A DNA stretch of 64,000 bases, taken from the NCBI RefSeq assembly GCF_009914755.1, contig NC_060944.1. One strand, given 5' to 3'. This stretch comes from the human T2T-CHM13v2.0 reference genome, Homo sapiens. The position numbers were made by a program, and so were the translations under genes. Below are positions 11,617 through 24,071 of this stretch, piece after piece (positions within the stretch are counted from its first letter, which is position 1; each line of letters starts with the position of its first letter). The notes under the pieces are model-generated. The model saw nothing but the letters and a program-made list of their open reading frames with translations. It was not told the origin of the DNA and did no database searches.

Positions 11617-12575
11617 ACAGTGGATGCTGCCTCAACTGACCTCCACTTAACTGATCTGCAATCAGCACTTTCTGGTACCCCTGTACAACTTATTGACTGA
11701 TGTCCACTGTAAACTGAAAGCTTTTGAGCTACTTTTAATGCCTGTACATTTCTCCTTCCATCACAGAAATTGTATAGTTTCTAAGAGGAAGCTGTGTTGA
11801 TTCCTAAATATGTTTACACCATTTGTTCTTGTTCTTGTAGCTATGCGATTTAATTAAATATTATGTTGAGAGGCTGAGACGGGTGAATCACTAGGTCAGG
11901 AGATCGAGACCATCCTGGCTAACTCGGTGAAACCCCGTCTCCACTGAAAATACAAAAAAATTAGTTGTGCCTGGTGGCGGGTGCCTGTACACCCAGCTAC
12001 TGGGGAGGCTGAGGCGGGACAATGGCATGAATCCAGGAGACGGAGCTTGCAGTGTGCAGAGATCGCACCACTGCACTCCAGCCTGGGTGACAGATTGAGA
12101 CTCTGTCTGAAAATAAATAAATAAATAAATATTATGTAAACTGAGAAAATGAGTATAACAAGAGTAATATTGTTGTTTCTTTGAGAAATAAACTAAATGT
12201 GTTGGAAAAATGAGAAACTCAAACAGTTGCTGTCAGCTTAACTGTTGGCAAGACAACTAGAAACAACTGGGAAAAATTGTGTAATCTAGGATTTCAGATT
12301 GCTTTACCCCAGTTGTCTTCACAGAAAGTGAACAAGAAATCCATGACAACGTATCATTGGCATAGTTTCCACAAGAAACTCCACTCTGAACCCGTGCAAG
12401 GCTTTGACCTTGTCATCAAAATTCTGGCAAACTTATTTACACATGTCTTTTAAATTAAAGTTAAGTTTTAAGGACTTACATCTAATACTTCTTATGATTC
12501 CTCCATCTAACTTAAATTTGTGATTAATCTGTTTATTACTGGGCCCAATCTGATTGAATAAGGGGGTTTCTACCG
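11617..12575 (+). mobile_element. Old Tigger-type DNA transposon with a decayed transposase N-terminus, interrupted by an AluY
   Basis: Starts tacagtgg. About 12150-12280 resembles a pogo/Tigger HTH ([13 protein letters not shown]...[12 protein letters not shown]). Confidence 0.5.
11867..12125 (+). mobile_element. 5'-truncated AluY
   Basis: gagatcgagaccatcctggctaac and gagcttgcagtg. TSD taaatattatgt at 11855-11866 and 12126-12137. Confidence 0.9.
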
Positions 12576-14001
12576 TTTTTGCTAACCAAAAGTTTAATTT
12601 GACAAAGATGGAATTATAAATACAATAATTCCAGTTTAAAGAATTAGAATGGTAAAGGTTAATACAATTTAGTATGCCTAAAAATCACTTGAAAAGTTAC
12701 TAACAATGTAAATTCTTGTGCCTTAGGCCTGAGATTTTGATTCAATAGGTCTAGCATGGGACATAGGAATCTGGATTTTTAGGAATGATAAAGGAAAATT
12801 GCTTAAAATAGGGTAGGTTATGACTTACAAATATAAAATGAACACTTGTCTAAGATTTTTAACTCATTTATTTAATGAGGGAGCCAGTAAGATATTATAC
12901 TAAGTTTTATGGAAAATTAAGAGCCACACATATCTAGGCACTAAGGAACACTGAAATAAATTTGCTTGATAGGTTCAAAACTGACTTCTTGATGGTAGCT
13001 GGAAAAAGGAAAATTAATTATACTTCCACCAAAATCAATCATTTGCCTGTCTATAGACAAGAATATTTGCATTACTATCAGTAATCTACAACTAACAGAA
13101 TTGCAAATAACAAAGAAAACAAAAGGCACAGAGACTCCATAGAAACAGATAACCCAGGTTATTCTAGACAAGGATGAGATTTCCATTAAAGACACTCAGT
13201 GGTAATTTCGTTGGTCCATCTTAAAATCTTTCCATTTTCTCCTGAAACAAATTGCTCAAGCAATTCAAATACAATGAATGTGGTCAGTGGGTCACACCTG
13301 GAGAAATCATTTTCTAACCTGTAATCAAGACTGTTGAATTACTCCCTTCACTGGAAAGAATAAAATATTACCACATAAATTCGTATTATGATAATGGTCC
13401 ACTATGAATGCTTTGGTGTTCTTAATTTTCTTAAGATTTATTAATATTTCTGAAGTAACTACTAAATGCCAAGCAATATATTTTCTAATTTAATCTTTCA
13501 TTGACTTTTACTTTCACTTCAATTGAGCTACTCACTTTCATGGCTATAAACTTAACTTTTCAATAACTTAAAAATTGATTTCTAATGTTATAAACTTTAA
13601 TGTTCCACTCTGTGACATGCTCTTTCAGACTCTCTCTTCCTTACTGCCAACTCACCTTCTCTTCTATTTCTTCCAGTGCCCCAGTATCTTGACTCTTCCA
13701 TTTTCTTTTTTCTTTTCTTTTATTAAGTGGATACATGATAATTTCACATGTTGATGTGGCACAATGTGGTATTTTGATACATGACACATTGTTAAAACCT
13801 CTCCTCCCTATCTTTCCCAGTCTGGTAACCACTCTTCTACTCTCTATTAGATCAGTGTTTTTAGATTTCACATATGAATGAGATCATGTGATATTTGTCT
13901 TACCGTGGTTAGCTTATTTCACTTACCACAATGTCGTCTATGCTCATTCATGTTGTCACAAGTGACACGATTTTACCCTTTATTATGGCCAAATGTGCAT
14001 A

Positions 14002-14291
14002 TGATATAGTTTGGATATTTGTCCTGACCCATATCTCATGTTATATTGTAATCCCCACTGTTAGAGATTGGGCCTGGTAGGGGGTGTTTGGGTCATGGAG
14101 GTGGATCCCTCATGGCTTGGTGCTATCCTCATGATAGTGAACGAGTTCCCAAGCTTCCTGACTAATCAAGCAGATGTTGGCATTATGCTTCCTGTACAGC
14201 CCATGGAACCAGGAGCCAATTATGTCTCTTTTCTTTTAAATTATCCAATCTCAGGTATTTCTTTATACTAATGCAAGAATGACCAAATACA
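14002..14291 (+). mobile_element. MaLR solo LTR (MSTB-like, internally deleted)
   Basis: tgatatagtttggat...ccaaataca, with gcata TSD at 13997-14001 and 14292-14296. Confidence 0.85.
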
Positions 14292-16536
14292 GCATATATG
14301 CCACATTTTCTTTCTCCATTCATTCATTGATGGACACTTAGGTTGATTCTAGGCTATTGTGAATAGTGCTGTAATTAACATGAGAGTCCAGAAATCTCTT
14401 TGACATACTGATTTAATATTCTTTGAATATATACCCAGTAGTGGGATTGTTGGATTTTGTGATGTCTATTTTTAATGTTTTTGGAAGTTATATTGTTTTC
14501 CATAACAATTGCTCTAATTTACATTTCCACCAACAGTGTATGAAAATTCCCCTTTCTTCACATCCTTGCCAGCATTTGTTATTTTTTGACTTTTTCATAA
14601 AAACCATTCTAAGCAGGGTGAGATGATATCTCACTGTGGATTTGACTTGCATTTCTCTGACTATTAGTGATGATGAGCATTTTTTCATTTACCTGTTGGT
14701 GATTTTTTTTGTCTTGTTTGGAGAAATGTCTATTCAGCTGTCTTGACTATTTTCTAATCCAATTATTTGTATTTTTGCTATTGAGTTGTTTGAGTTTTCT
14801 ATAAATTTGGGGTATTAACCCCTTATGAAGTGAATAGTTCGCAGATATTTTCTCCCATTTTGTAGGTTGTGTCTTCACTCTTGTGATTGTTTCCTATGCA
14901 GTGCAGAAGTTTTTATTTGGTATAATCCCATTTGTTTATTTTTGCTTTTGTTGTGCATGTCTTTCGATGTCTTTTCTAAAAAGTCCTTGCCCAGACCAAT
15001 GACATATAACATTTCACCTAAGTTTTCTCCTACTAGTTTCATAGTTTGGGGTCTTACCTTTAAATATTTAATTTATTTTGTGTTGATTTTTGTATATGAT
15101 GAGAGATAGGGGTCTACTTTCATTCTTTTGTATGTGGATATGCACTTTCCCAGCACCATTTGTTGAAAAGACTGTCTTTTCCCAAAATTGAATGTTTGCA
15201 TCTTTGTCAAAAATAAGTTGCATGTAAATATGTGGTTTTATGCCTGGGTTCTCTATTTTTGTTCCACTGGTCTATGTGCCTGTTTTTATGCCAATACCAT
15301 GCTGTTTTAGTTAAGATAGCTTTGTAATATATTTTGAAATTAGATAGTGTAATACGTCTAGTGTTGCTCTTTTTGCTTAAGATTTATTTTGCTATTTGGG
15401 GTGTTTTGTAGTTTCACATGAATTTTAAGATTTTTTTAACATCTGTGAAGAATGAAATTGGAAATTTGATAGAGATTATATTGGATTTATAGATTGATTT
15501 TCATAGTATGGTCATTTCAACAATATTAATTCTTCTAGTCCATGAACATGGGATATCTTTCTATTTATTTTAATTTTTTAATTGTTTTTATCAATGTTTA
15601 ATAATTTTCATCTTTCCGTGGCTTAATTTACTTGTAGGTATTTTGTTTTTTTAATAGCTATTTTAAATGGGATTACTTTCTTGATTCCTTTTTCAGATAG
15701 TCTGCTATTGGTGTATAGAAATGTTACTGATTTTTTATGTTGCTTTTGTATCCTGAAACCTTATTTTATTCATTTACTATTTCTGATTCTCAGTGGTGTA
15801 TTTAGGGTTTTTTTACATATATGATCATGTCATCTGCAAAGAGGGACAATTTGACTTTTTTTTTTTTCCAATTTGGATGCCTTTTATTTCTTTCTCTTAC
15901 CTAATTGTTCTGACTAGGACTTCCATTACTATGTTGAAAAAAGTGATTAAAGTGAACATCCTTGTCTTGTTTCAGATCCTAGAGGCAAAGCTTTCAAGTT
16001 TTCACCATTCAATATAATGTTGCCTGTGGGTTATCACATATGGTCTTTATTTTATTATGTTCTTTTATAACTAATTTGTTAAAAGGTTTGATCATAAAAG
16101 GATGTCTAATTTTGTCAAATGCTTTTTCTGCATCTATTGAAACGATTATATGTATTTTATCCTTCATTGTTTAATGTGATGTATCAGATTTTATTGATTT
16201 ACATGTATTAGACTATCCTTACCTCCCCGGGTAAATACCATTTGATTATGGTGGATAATCTTTTTAATGTGCTTTTGAAATATCATTGCTAGAACTGCTG
16301 GTTTTGAATGTTTGCATCTATGTTTATCAATGATATTGGCCTGGAGTTTTCTTTTATTTGCTGTTCTTATCTCATTTTGGAATCAGGAAATGCTGTCTTC
16401 ATAGAATGACTTTGGAAGAGTTCCCTCCTTTTCATTTTTTTGAAATAGTTTGTAAATAATTTGTATAAATTTTTTAAATGTTTTGTAGAATTTGTCAGGG
16501 AAAACCACCAAGTCGTGAACTTTTCTTTCTTCCTCT

Positions 16537-16812
16537 ATTTCTTTAGAGACAGGGTCTCACTCTATCACTGAGGCTGGCATACAGTGGTGCAGTCATAGCT
16601 GACTGCAGCCTCAAACTTCTGGTCTTAAGTGATCCTCCTGCCTCAGCCTCCTGAGTACAAATACACACCACTATACCTGGATAATTTTTATTTTTATTTT
16701 TAGAGATGGAGTCTCGTTGTGTTGCCAAGGCTAATCTTGAGCTCCTGGCCTCTAGTGATTCTCCTGCCTTGGGCTCCTAAACCGTGAGATTACAGATGTG
16801 AGCTACTGTGTG
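16537..16812 (-). mobile_element. AluJ inside L1MA
   Basis: gagacagggtctcactct...gatcctcctgcctcagcctcc. Confidence 0.88.
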
Positions 16813-19800
16813 AAGTCTTTTGGATTTTCCTTGACTGAGAGCCTAAATTGCTCCTTCAATCTCATTATTTGTCATTGGTGTGTTCACATTTTCTATTTCT
16901 TCTTTCTTCAATTTTGATAGGTTATATGTGTCCAGAGCATACGTATTTCTTCTAAGTTTTTCAATTTATTGGCGTATAATTGTTTGTAGTACTTACTCAT
17001 GATTCCTTATATTTCTCTAGAGTCTATCATAGTATATCCTTTTTCATCTCTGATTATATGTGAATTTTCTCTTTTTTTCTTAGTCTGACAAAACATTTGT
17101 CAATTTTACGTTTTCAAAAAAGATTCCTCCATTTAATTAGTCGTTTGTATTTTTTGTCTTCATTTTGTATTTTTGTGCTCTGATCTTTATATTCTTTTGC
17201 TAATTTGGGTCTTAGTTTGTTCTTGATTTTATAGTTCCTTGAAATACATTGTTAGATGGTTTATTCATTATCTTTCTTCTTTATTGATGTAGAAATGTAT
17301 TGCTATAAACTTCCCTCTAAGGACTGTTTTGCTGTATTTCATAAGTTTTCATATGTTCTGATTTCATTTTTATTTGTCTTCAGACATTTTTGAAATTAAT
17401 TTTTTATTGACCCATTGGTTGTTTAAGGATATGTTGTTTAATTTGTATGTATTTGCACAATTTCTGAAGTTCCTCCTGTTGTTTATTTCTAGCTTTATTC
17501 CATATGGTTAAAAAAACACGTGATATGATTTGATTTTTTGATTAGCTAAGACTTGTTTTGTGGTCTAACATATCTATCATGGACAATATTCCATGTGCAG
17601 GTGAAAAGACAGTGAATTATGCAATTGTTGGATGAAATGTTATGTAAATAACTGTTGAATTCTTTTGATCTAGAGTGCAGTTTAAATGTTTCTTTGTTGA
17701 GATTCTCTCTCAATGATCTGTTCATTGCTGAAAATGGGATGTCGAAGTTTCTTACCATTATTGTACAGTTTTTTATCTCTCCTTTTAGATCTATTAATGT
17801 TTGCTTTATATATTTAAGTTCTCCAATGTTGAGTGCAGTATATATTTACAATTATTGTATTCTCTTGTTGTACTGACCCCTTTATTATTACATAATGGCC
17901 TTGTTTGTCTGTGTTTACAGTTTTTTTACTTGAAGTCTATTTTATTTGATATAAATATAACTACTTCTGCATTCTTTGGTTTCCATTATCATAAAATATA
18001 TTTTTTCATCTGATCACTTTCAATTTATGTGTGTATTTACAGGTGATGGGAGTCTCTTGTAGAAAGAATATAGTTAGGTCTTGTTTTTAATCAATTTACC
18101 CATTCTCTGTCTTCTTACTGGATAGTTTAATCTATTTCCATTCAAGGTAATTATTGATAGATAAGGACTTGTACTGCCATATGCTGTTTTCTTGTTGTCT
18201 TTTAGAAGTTTTGTACCTTTTTGTCCCTTTGTTGTCTTCCTTTGTACTTAAGTGATTTTCTCTGTGTGTTTTTGTTTCTTGTTCTTTTATTTTTAGTGTA
18301 TCTAATAAAAATGTTTGCCTTTTGGTTACTATGAGGCATGTGAAGAATATTTTATAGTTTCAATAGATAATTTTGAATGGATAACAACTTAATTTTGATA
18401 ATAAGAAATGGGGAAAAGCAAACACTCTGCTCTTTAATTCAATCACTCCCCCACATTTTGCATTTTTGATGTCTTAATTTACATCATTTATATCACTTAT
18501 CCCTTAACAAATTATTGTAGTTGTTATTGTTTTTGTTTTGTATTTTAACCTTCTTACTAAAAACATGTAAGTGGTTTACATTCAGTTATTACTATATTAG
18601 AGCATGCTGAATTTGTCTGAATATTTATTTTTACCTGCGGATTTATACCTTCCAATTTTTTGTATTACATATTAGTGACCTTTTCTTTCAGTTTGAAGAC
18701 TGTTCTTTAACATTTCTTTTAAGGCAGGTATGGTTACAATGAATTCCTTCATCTTTTGTTTGTCTTAGAATGTTTTAACCTCTCCTTCATTTCTAAATGA
18801 GAGCTGTGCTGGATACTGTATTCATGCTTGACAGATTTTTTCTTCAGCACTTGATTCTATTATCCTACTCTCTGCTGGCCCATATTGTTTCTGCTGTGAA
18901 GTCTGCTGCCAGGCCTATTGGAATTCTCTCATGTATTATACGCTTCCTTTTTCTTAATGCTTTCAGGACCTACTCTTTGTTTTTGACGTTTAAAAGTTTA
19001 ATTATAATGTGTCTTGTGGTTGTCTTATTCAGATTAAATCAGATTAGTGAGCTTTGGCCATCCTAAACATCTTAATCCTTCTCCAAGTTTAAAAAGTTGT
19101 CTGTTATTTCTCTGAATAAGCTTCTAACTCTTTTTCATTCTTAGTTCCATTTTAACACTGTAGATTTGTTTTTCTGATGGTGTCCCATGGATCTCATAAG
19201 TTTTCTTTGTTTCTTCTCATTTTTTTCTCTTTTCTACTCTGACAGTATATTTTCAAAGACCCTATCTTTGAGCTCACTGTTTTTTTTCTTCTACTTGATC
19301 AGTTCTGCTCTTGATGCCCTCTAGTGCATTTTTCAGTTTATTTACTGAATTTTCCACCTCCAGGATTTCCATTTGATTTTTTCCCATTATTTTAAATTCT
19401 TTGTTGAATTTCTCATAAATTTCCATATTGTTTCTCTGTACTTTGTTGAAGTGCACAGATTTTTTTTTTTTTTTAAAAAACAGCTATTTGAATATTTTTG
19501 TCTGCCACATCATTCATTTGCATGTCTTTAGGTTCAGTTGCTGACACCTTGTTTTCTCCATTTGGTGAGGCAGTTTTTCCTAGGCTATTCTTATTTTTTG
19601 TAGATGTACATCTCTGTCTACACATTGATGAATTAAATATTTATTTCAGTCTTCTCAGTCTGGGTTTGTTTTTGACTGTTTCTCAGTGGGCTTCTTTAGA
19701 AATTCTGTGTGGATTTCCATTATATTCCATTTTAGCATTAGGAGGTGCCCAAAGCAAAGATTAGACATAAGTCTTGCAATGGGGCTTCACCACTGATGCA

Positions 19801-21012
19801 ATGTAACTGGATGGGCCCATGGGTGATCCACAGAAAGGCTGCTGTCTGGTGGGGAGAACAAGTCAGGCCATCAAATCTGGACAGTCTGTGTATCATGTTT
19901 CCCACAGTGTGGTGCCCATAAACAACCTGTCTGGTATAATATTTCCTCTGGTAGGAATGGCTAGCCACTGCTAAGTTTCATATAGTAAGTATTGCTAACC
20001 CAATCCCTTCTCTATGTCCCTAGCATGCCTCTGGTGGTTCAGCTCTGTTAACACTCATGGTGCTGCTTGTGGGCTGATGCAGGAGTAAGTCTACTGTGAA
20101 GGCACTCAGTATGGTGGAAAAAATATTCAACTTCTGTTCACTTTATTCAGTGTAAGAACTGTGAGTTCAGGAGGACTTTCTGCATATAATACCATTATGG
20201 CCTGGGGGAGGAGTATCACAGTCACAGAGTACTGTTTCCCTTACTGTCCAAGCATGGTTTTACTCCTCTTTACAGTCCAAAGGGACTTCATAGACTCACT
20301 CATGTATTCGGGGTTCATTAGCTCTTGTAAAGTTAATTTCATATGTGGATATTTTTTCATATAGATGTGTCGTAGGGGTATGATTACTGGAGAGATCTAC
20401 TCCACTACCTTGCTCTGCCCAAATCCTTCCCCTTTCCAACAAGAGTTTGCCACCTTCTAGTATTCTTTTTTCTTAACCAAACTAAGTTTAGCCTTTTAAT
20501 CCTTCACCCTCCTCCACTTCAAATGCCATTGCTTCTTTGTATGCTTATTGTATTTTCCATGCTATATGACTTTCAGCTGGTTATTTACAGTATGTAAGTT
20601 TTAATATCCTGTAAAAGGGGGACAATAATGGCATCCATTTGATAGGGATGTTAAAGATATTAAATGACACTGTCCATGTTAAATAACTTTTTGAGATATA
20701 TTGAGATGTTTCTGTACTTCCTTGTTCTGGCCTTCTTGTTGAACCAGAGGAATCTATTGCCATGAAAAGCAATAAAACTGTTATAGTAGAAATTAAAAGT
20801 GAGTAGGAACTTATTTAAAAATCATCATTCTCCTTTTCAATGCAAAAATAAGAACTAGAAAATTTTAATAAGGCAATAGTCCGAAGAAATAACTTATGGA
20901 AGATAATATGGGTTTTTTAATCTTAAAGGGTTCTTTTATATATTCAAGCTTCGAGATTGGCTGCCTTGAATCCTACTAAAATTTCAATGTAAGTTTTAGA
21001 GAGGGAGGAAAA

Positions 21013-21383
21013 AGTCAAAGAAAAAATTGCACTGGAAAAAGTTAAATAAGTAAGGAAGATATTATTCAAGCTACTGCAATACTGGAGAGAGTCCAGACCT
21101 CGTCTGAACTCAGCTCCCCTAACACAAAGGGCCGTGGAGTTTTTGAAAGTGAGGGTAAGGGGGCGATCATAGGCCACCTGTCTTTGCTAACTGTTTTTTT
21201 CAAAGGAAAAATAAACTTTCTTTTATCTTTATGATATAAGGTAATTTTTACAACTTGGAGCAAGATTAGGCTCTTACTCTCTCATGGAGACTGGGAAATA
21301 AGGTATTATCTTTCTGGAGGATTACGTTTGAAAGAGATGGCTCCCAGATCCTTGAAAAAGGAAATTTTCTGCTTACAAGTTAC
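21013..21383 (-). mobile_element. ERV1-type LTR fragment (MER67/MER31-like)
   Basis: gtcaaagaaaaaattgcactgg...ggaagatattattcaagctactgcaata...gagatggctcccagatccttg; the family is recalled, not confirmed. Confidence 0.5.
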
Positions 21384-22894
21384 ACATGCCACTTCTACCT
21401 GCATTTCACTGGCCAAACAGGTCACATGTCTAAATCTGACCCTTCCTTCAATAGGACAGAAATGTATAATCTTCTAGGAGATAGGGCCACTACAGCAGGA
21501 AGACCAGATAATGGGAGAATGGTAATATAATCTACCACAATGACCACAGTGAAAACATTAGTAATCCTCAGGGTTAAACCAAGTCTTCTTGGACACTTAG
21601 GTTGATTCTAGGCTATTGTCAATAGTGGAATAACAAAAAATAAAGAGAATAGCCCATTTATTTTTTTGCAGAGAAGCTAGACAATTCACAGTAACTTATG
21701 GCCTAGACAATTTTATTTCTTGATCAACACAACTCTTTATAGATGCCTATGGTCCAAAAATGAGGATTCCTAATCGTCCCCAAAAATAAGGGATCCTCTG
21801 CAAGTCAACCTGGGAGAGAGTTTAGTATTGTTCTGAGGCAATGAAAGCCATTGAGATTCACATGTAAGAGGGTAGAGAAAGGGAATCCACATGTTTTGAT
21901 CCCTCCATCTGATGGATATAACTTGGTCTTCATTACATTGCACCACCGTTGGTGTCAGAGAGAACTAGATTTGAATCCCAGTTCCTTCACTCATTATGAT
22001 TTGATGGTGAATGTGTTTTTAACTCGTCTGAGCCTCCGTTTGCTCATCTATAAAAGATGGGATTGTTATGAGACTTGCAAATAAGGTAAGTGTGTAAAAA
22101 TCTGGGAATAATGCCTGTAATTTAAAAGACGGCGTTGTGATGAGGCTTCAATAAGGTAAGTGTGTAAAAATCTGGACACAATGTTACTAATTTTGTAGGT
22201 TTTCAATATATAGAGAAGGAGGATTATTTTTCTCTCATTTAATTTTTAGAACAAGTTTATAAAATTGGTATTATTCATATTTTTGAGATAATCAAAGGAT
22301 CAGTAAGTTTAAATAAATCACCATAGTAACAAAGCAGTTCACAACATATTGACTGGATAATTGCTAGTGAAAAGTAGCAATGATGATCACATTGAAAATC
22401 TTTTGTTAGGTGGTGGTTTTCTCTTGCATAAGCCTCTTCATTTGTTGAAACCATAGATTCTAAATTTGCTCTATCAAAGTGATCATTAGAAAAATATAAT
22501 GTACTTAGTGTATAAATTTTAGAAAATGTCCTTTTCAATCCTGTTAATTTGATTGAATATGTGCATTTTGAATTATGAATGTAAATATGAATATGTATGA
22601 CATATGAAATATGACTTGACATCAAAGAGTAACCTTAGATCGTGGCAACGTTTTTTTCTGAAAGCACCTGCAGAAATGTATCTTCTTTGTAGTTTCCAAA
22701 ACACTCAGAGGCCATGGGGGAAGAGGGGACTTTGGCTGTGAGATAGTGCATGAGGTACATAAGGATACAGTAATTTCATCATAATTCATATTCATAATTC
22801 ACAGTGAGGAAACCTGAAAGTTGCTACCAGTTACCAATAAATGAAAGGTGGGGTGGGGTCGCTGGGGGGTGCGGCTTTGTGAGCCAGTGCCTGG

Positions 22895-22992
22895 ACTCCC
22901 ACGTCACAAATGGAAGGGCACCGCGTGGAAGGAACTCAAGGTCTGATTGGTTCTTCCTAAGCAGGACACATCAGGTTGTCAGGGCAACCGGC
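22895..22992 (+). promoter_or_regulatory. Promoter-like motif cluster: CRE half-site, CCAAT box, RFX X-box
   Basis: acgtca near 22901, gattgg at 22945-22950, and the near-palindrome ggttgtcagggcaacc at 22974-22989. Confidence 0.5.
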
Positions 22993-22999
22993 CTTCAGT

Positions 23000-23480
23000 T
23001 GGTGGCCTTCAGTGGGTGCCTTAAGTTGGTGGCATTTGGTTGCCTTTCCTGGGGAGAGGGGGCAGGTGCTCAGCTCTGCAGACGTGGGGGCAAGCGAAGG
23101 CCCAAGCTGCCTCGAGAAGAGCAGAGGTGCCCCATGGGGACCACGATGACCAGTCGCATGTGCACCAAAGCCAGCCCCAGGCAGGCAGGGGTTCTGCGAG
23201 GCCGTCCTGTGGCTTTGATATCTATGAGTGGGCGGCCAGCACAGGCACAGGCACCAGCAGAAAGGAGCAGAGACGCCCAGAACATGCTGTCCCCCAATGC
23301 CAGCCCCAAGCGAGGCCAGCTTAGGGTGCGGTGGGCAGAGCCATCCTGCAGCTCTGAGATCCACGAGGTGTAGGTGGGAGTAGGGCCAGACTCCACTGCA
23401 TTGGAGCTCACACAATTTGAGCCCAATTTGATTCCGGAGCCATGATCTACAGCACATTGGCGACCAGATGACGCCCAAAG
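23000..23480 (+). pseudogene. C2orf27A-like (CDRT15P-associated duplicon) first-exon remnant
   Basis: From 23394 it reads HCIGAHTI*AQFDSGAMIYSTLATR*, resembling the recalled C2orf27A N-terminus HCIAAHTIWAQDDSGAMIYSLLAAR. It ends at the donor AAG|gtaggg (23481). Confidence 0.55.
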
Positions 23481-23945
23481 GTAGGGAGGCGACAGATACC
23501 GTTTGGCCTCAGGAGCTCCTCTGGCCGTTGCTGAACCAAGGTTCCCCCAGAGACATCCACAGCCTGGGGCTCCTCCCTTCTTCAACTAGTTCCTTTCCTA
23601 GGCCCAGGCCCCAAGCCTGAGGACTGGCTCTGCCTGGGGTCTCTATCCCTTCGTCTTTCACTGTTGCATCCAGCCGGTCTCTTTTCCCCTCCCTACCCAT
23701 ATGCCCAGTTCTGGGCCCTCTTCTTCTTCCTAGAGGCTGGCCAAAAACTAAGTTTTCAAAGTACAAAATGGATGCTACAGATTTCGTTGCTGTAGAGGAA
23801 ATGTCTGACAGCTCTTGTATTTAAACTTAAGTAGCTACACTGGGACTCACAGTTTCATAACTTGAGTTCTAGACCAGAGCTCTCTACCCTAAAGCAACAG
23901 AAAGGGGTTAGAGGTACTCCTCTTGATTCTAATAATAAAAAATGA

Positions 23946-24071
23946 TTTTTTGGTAGGGACAAGGTCTCACTGTGTTGCCCAAGCTGGTCTCAAACCCCTG
24001 GCCTCAAGTGATTCACCCACCTTGGCGTCCCACACTGCTGGGATGACAGGCAAGAGCCACCACACATGGTC
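23946..24071 (-). mobile_element. Alu monomer (FLAM/AluJ arm)
   Basis: ggtctcactgtgttgcccaagctggtctcaaac...gagccaccacac. Confidence 0.8.

Larger units (their letters stand above)
13715..20425 (-). mobile_element. Long, internally deleted L1MA-like element
   Basis: T-rich reverse ORF2 and ORF1 remnants (ORF track 14488-14688, 19274-19456). 3' UTR near 13.7-14.0 kb. 5'-end-like tactccactaccttgctctgccc near 20400. Confidence 0.85.

Noticed and set aside
13290-13318. ENDFSRCD resembles the viral RdRp motif A (ENDFSEFD), suggesting an endogenous viral element
   Set aside because: Only five residues match and no downstream motif B or GDD is visible.
22804-23585. ORFs of 171-189 aa on both strands
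   Set aside because: GC-rich region with several non-ATG starts. The only recognisable homology lies in a frame containing stops.
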